Assembly: GCA_049724395.1 (NCBI GenBank) | Contig: JAUGWO010000061.1 | Location: 1-64,000, forward strand | Direction of reading: 5' to 3' | DNA from: Spongospora subterranea f. sp. subterranea | Lineage: Eukaryota | Length of the DNA stretch: 64,000 bases | Part shown: positions 63,176 through 64,000 of the stretch, piece after piece | Position numbering within the stretch: position 1 is the first letter of the stretch | How the letters are laid out: each line of letters begins with the position of its first letter | Translations under genes and position numbers: made by a program | Notes under the pieces: generated by a model | The model's input: the letters and a program-made list of their open reading frames with translations, nothing else | Database searches by the model: none | What the model was told of the DNA's origin: nothing

Positions 63176-64000
63176 TGAACTTCCGCCTGTACTTTCTGAA
63201 TTCGCTGACTCAACTTCCTGAAAGATTCGAATGTTTCTGAATCTCGTTCACGGTCGATTGTTGGGTGTTGATAGAATGAAAGGGTTATTGGAGATTCATT
63301 GAACGAGCGCTGATCGAGTTCCGCTCTAAAGTTGGCGCCTTTAGGTACGGTCCTCGATCGAGAATGGCGAATGCATTTGCTCGATTCGGTCGCCAGACGC
63401 ATCTTCCTCAACTGGGGTTGGTAGTCGTCATCGAGGATGTCACAGGCACCGCATTTCTTTCCCGATCGATGACGATCTGCCGCTGGAAGAACGAAAAAAA
63501 AAATCATCGAGCCACCAGATTTCCCGTTCGTCGCAGAGGAGAACTTGTTTTACAGGAATGATCGTACACCCGACCGCTTTGACGAAGAAGTTGACGATAT
63601 TACGAGGTTGGTTTTGTGTGAGTATTATAGCATGATACTCCTTCATCAACGAATATGAAAGGCTTTTCATAACCGTTGGTGTAGTTTTCCATGGGAGCCT
63701 GGCTTTGTTGGCGAGTTTGCTGGAAGGGGGTTCCCTCTGTCAAACCATATTTGAGTGCAATATCCAAAATTGTGGCGGAGATCGATATCTTGTGTCTCTC
63801 GCTCAGGCAGCCCGAATTCATGATCTCGTGCGATCTAGTTTTGTTGAATGAAACTGTATTCAGATCCAAAACGGTTCTCACCTTCTGCCCCATCAAATGG
63901 TCGAAAAGTTCACTGCAAACGACACGCGTTTGGGCGATTTGGACGGACGTTACTGTAGTGTTCAAGGCCGTTGGTTAATCCGACAAATATGGGTAACTAA

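Noticed and set aside
1..64000. Fanzor/TnpB, giant-virus core genes, rRNA or tRNA genes
   Set aside because: No RuvC/zinc-finger pattern, viral hallmark motifs or structured RNA signatures recognised by eye; a tRNAscan/Infernal/HMM run is needed to exclude them.

Overview
Gene-dense eukaryotic (protist-like) nuclear DNA with many short GT-AG introns. A plasmodiophorid-type rhizarian is my guess, but the sequence alone cannot prove it. About 20 host genes are recognisable: two paralogous APC/PUT-type polyamine/amino-acid permeases, Spc24-like, anoctamin, TMCO4/DUF726, Vps2/CHMP2, Csm1/monopolin-like, a CBS-domain protein, CTU1/NCS6, eIF3i, a Nup37-like WD40 protein, mL40-like, a CobW/COG0523 GTPase, a HAD-like protein, an LCAT-family lipase, PNO1, two ankyrin genes, an SLC38/AVT transporter and Mic19-like. 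Transposon-rich patches lie at about 17.8-19.8, 23-24.2, 28.3-30.8, 46.3-53.6 and 57.5-59 kb. They include a 1766-bp non-autonomous LTR element with both LTRs, PPT and a GTACC TSD, a 1047-bp PIF/Harbinger derivative with TIRs, TAA TSD and Myb plus transposase remnants, and scrambled Ty1/copia relics. There is also a 24 x 51-bp tandem array whose unit resembles a miniature LTR (TGT...ACA) directly behind a polypurine tract. Most relics occur as closely spaced inverted (fold-back) duplications. I found no CRISPR array, rRNA or tRNA. All family calls come from motif recognition by eye, and exon boundaries are approximate.
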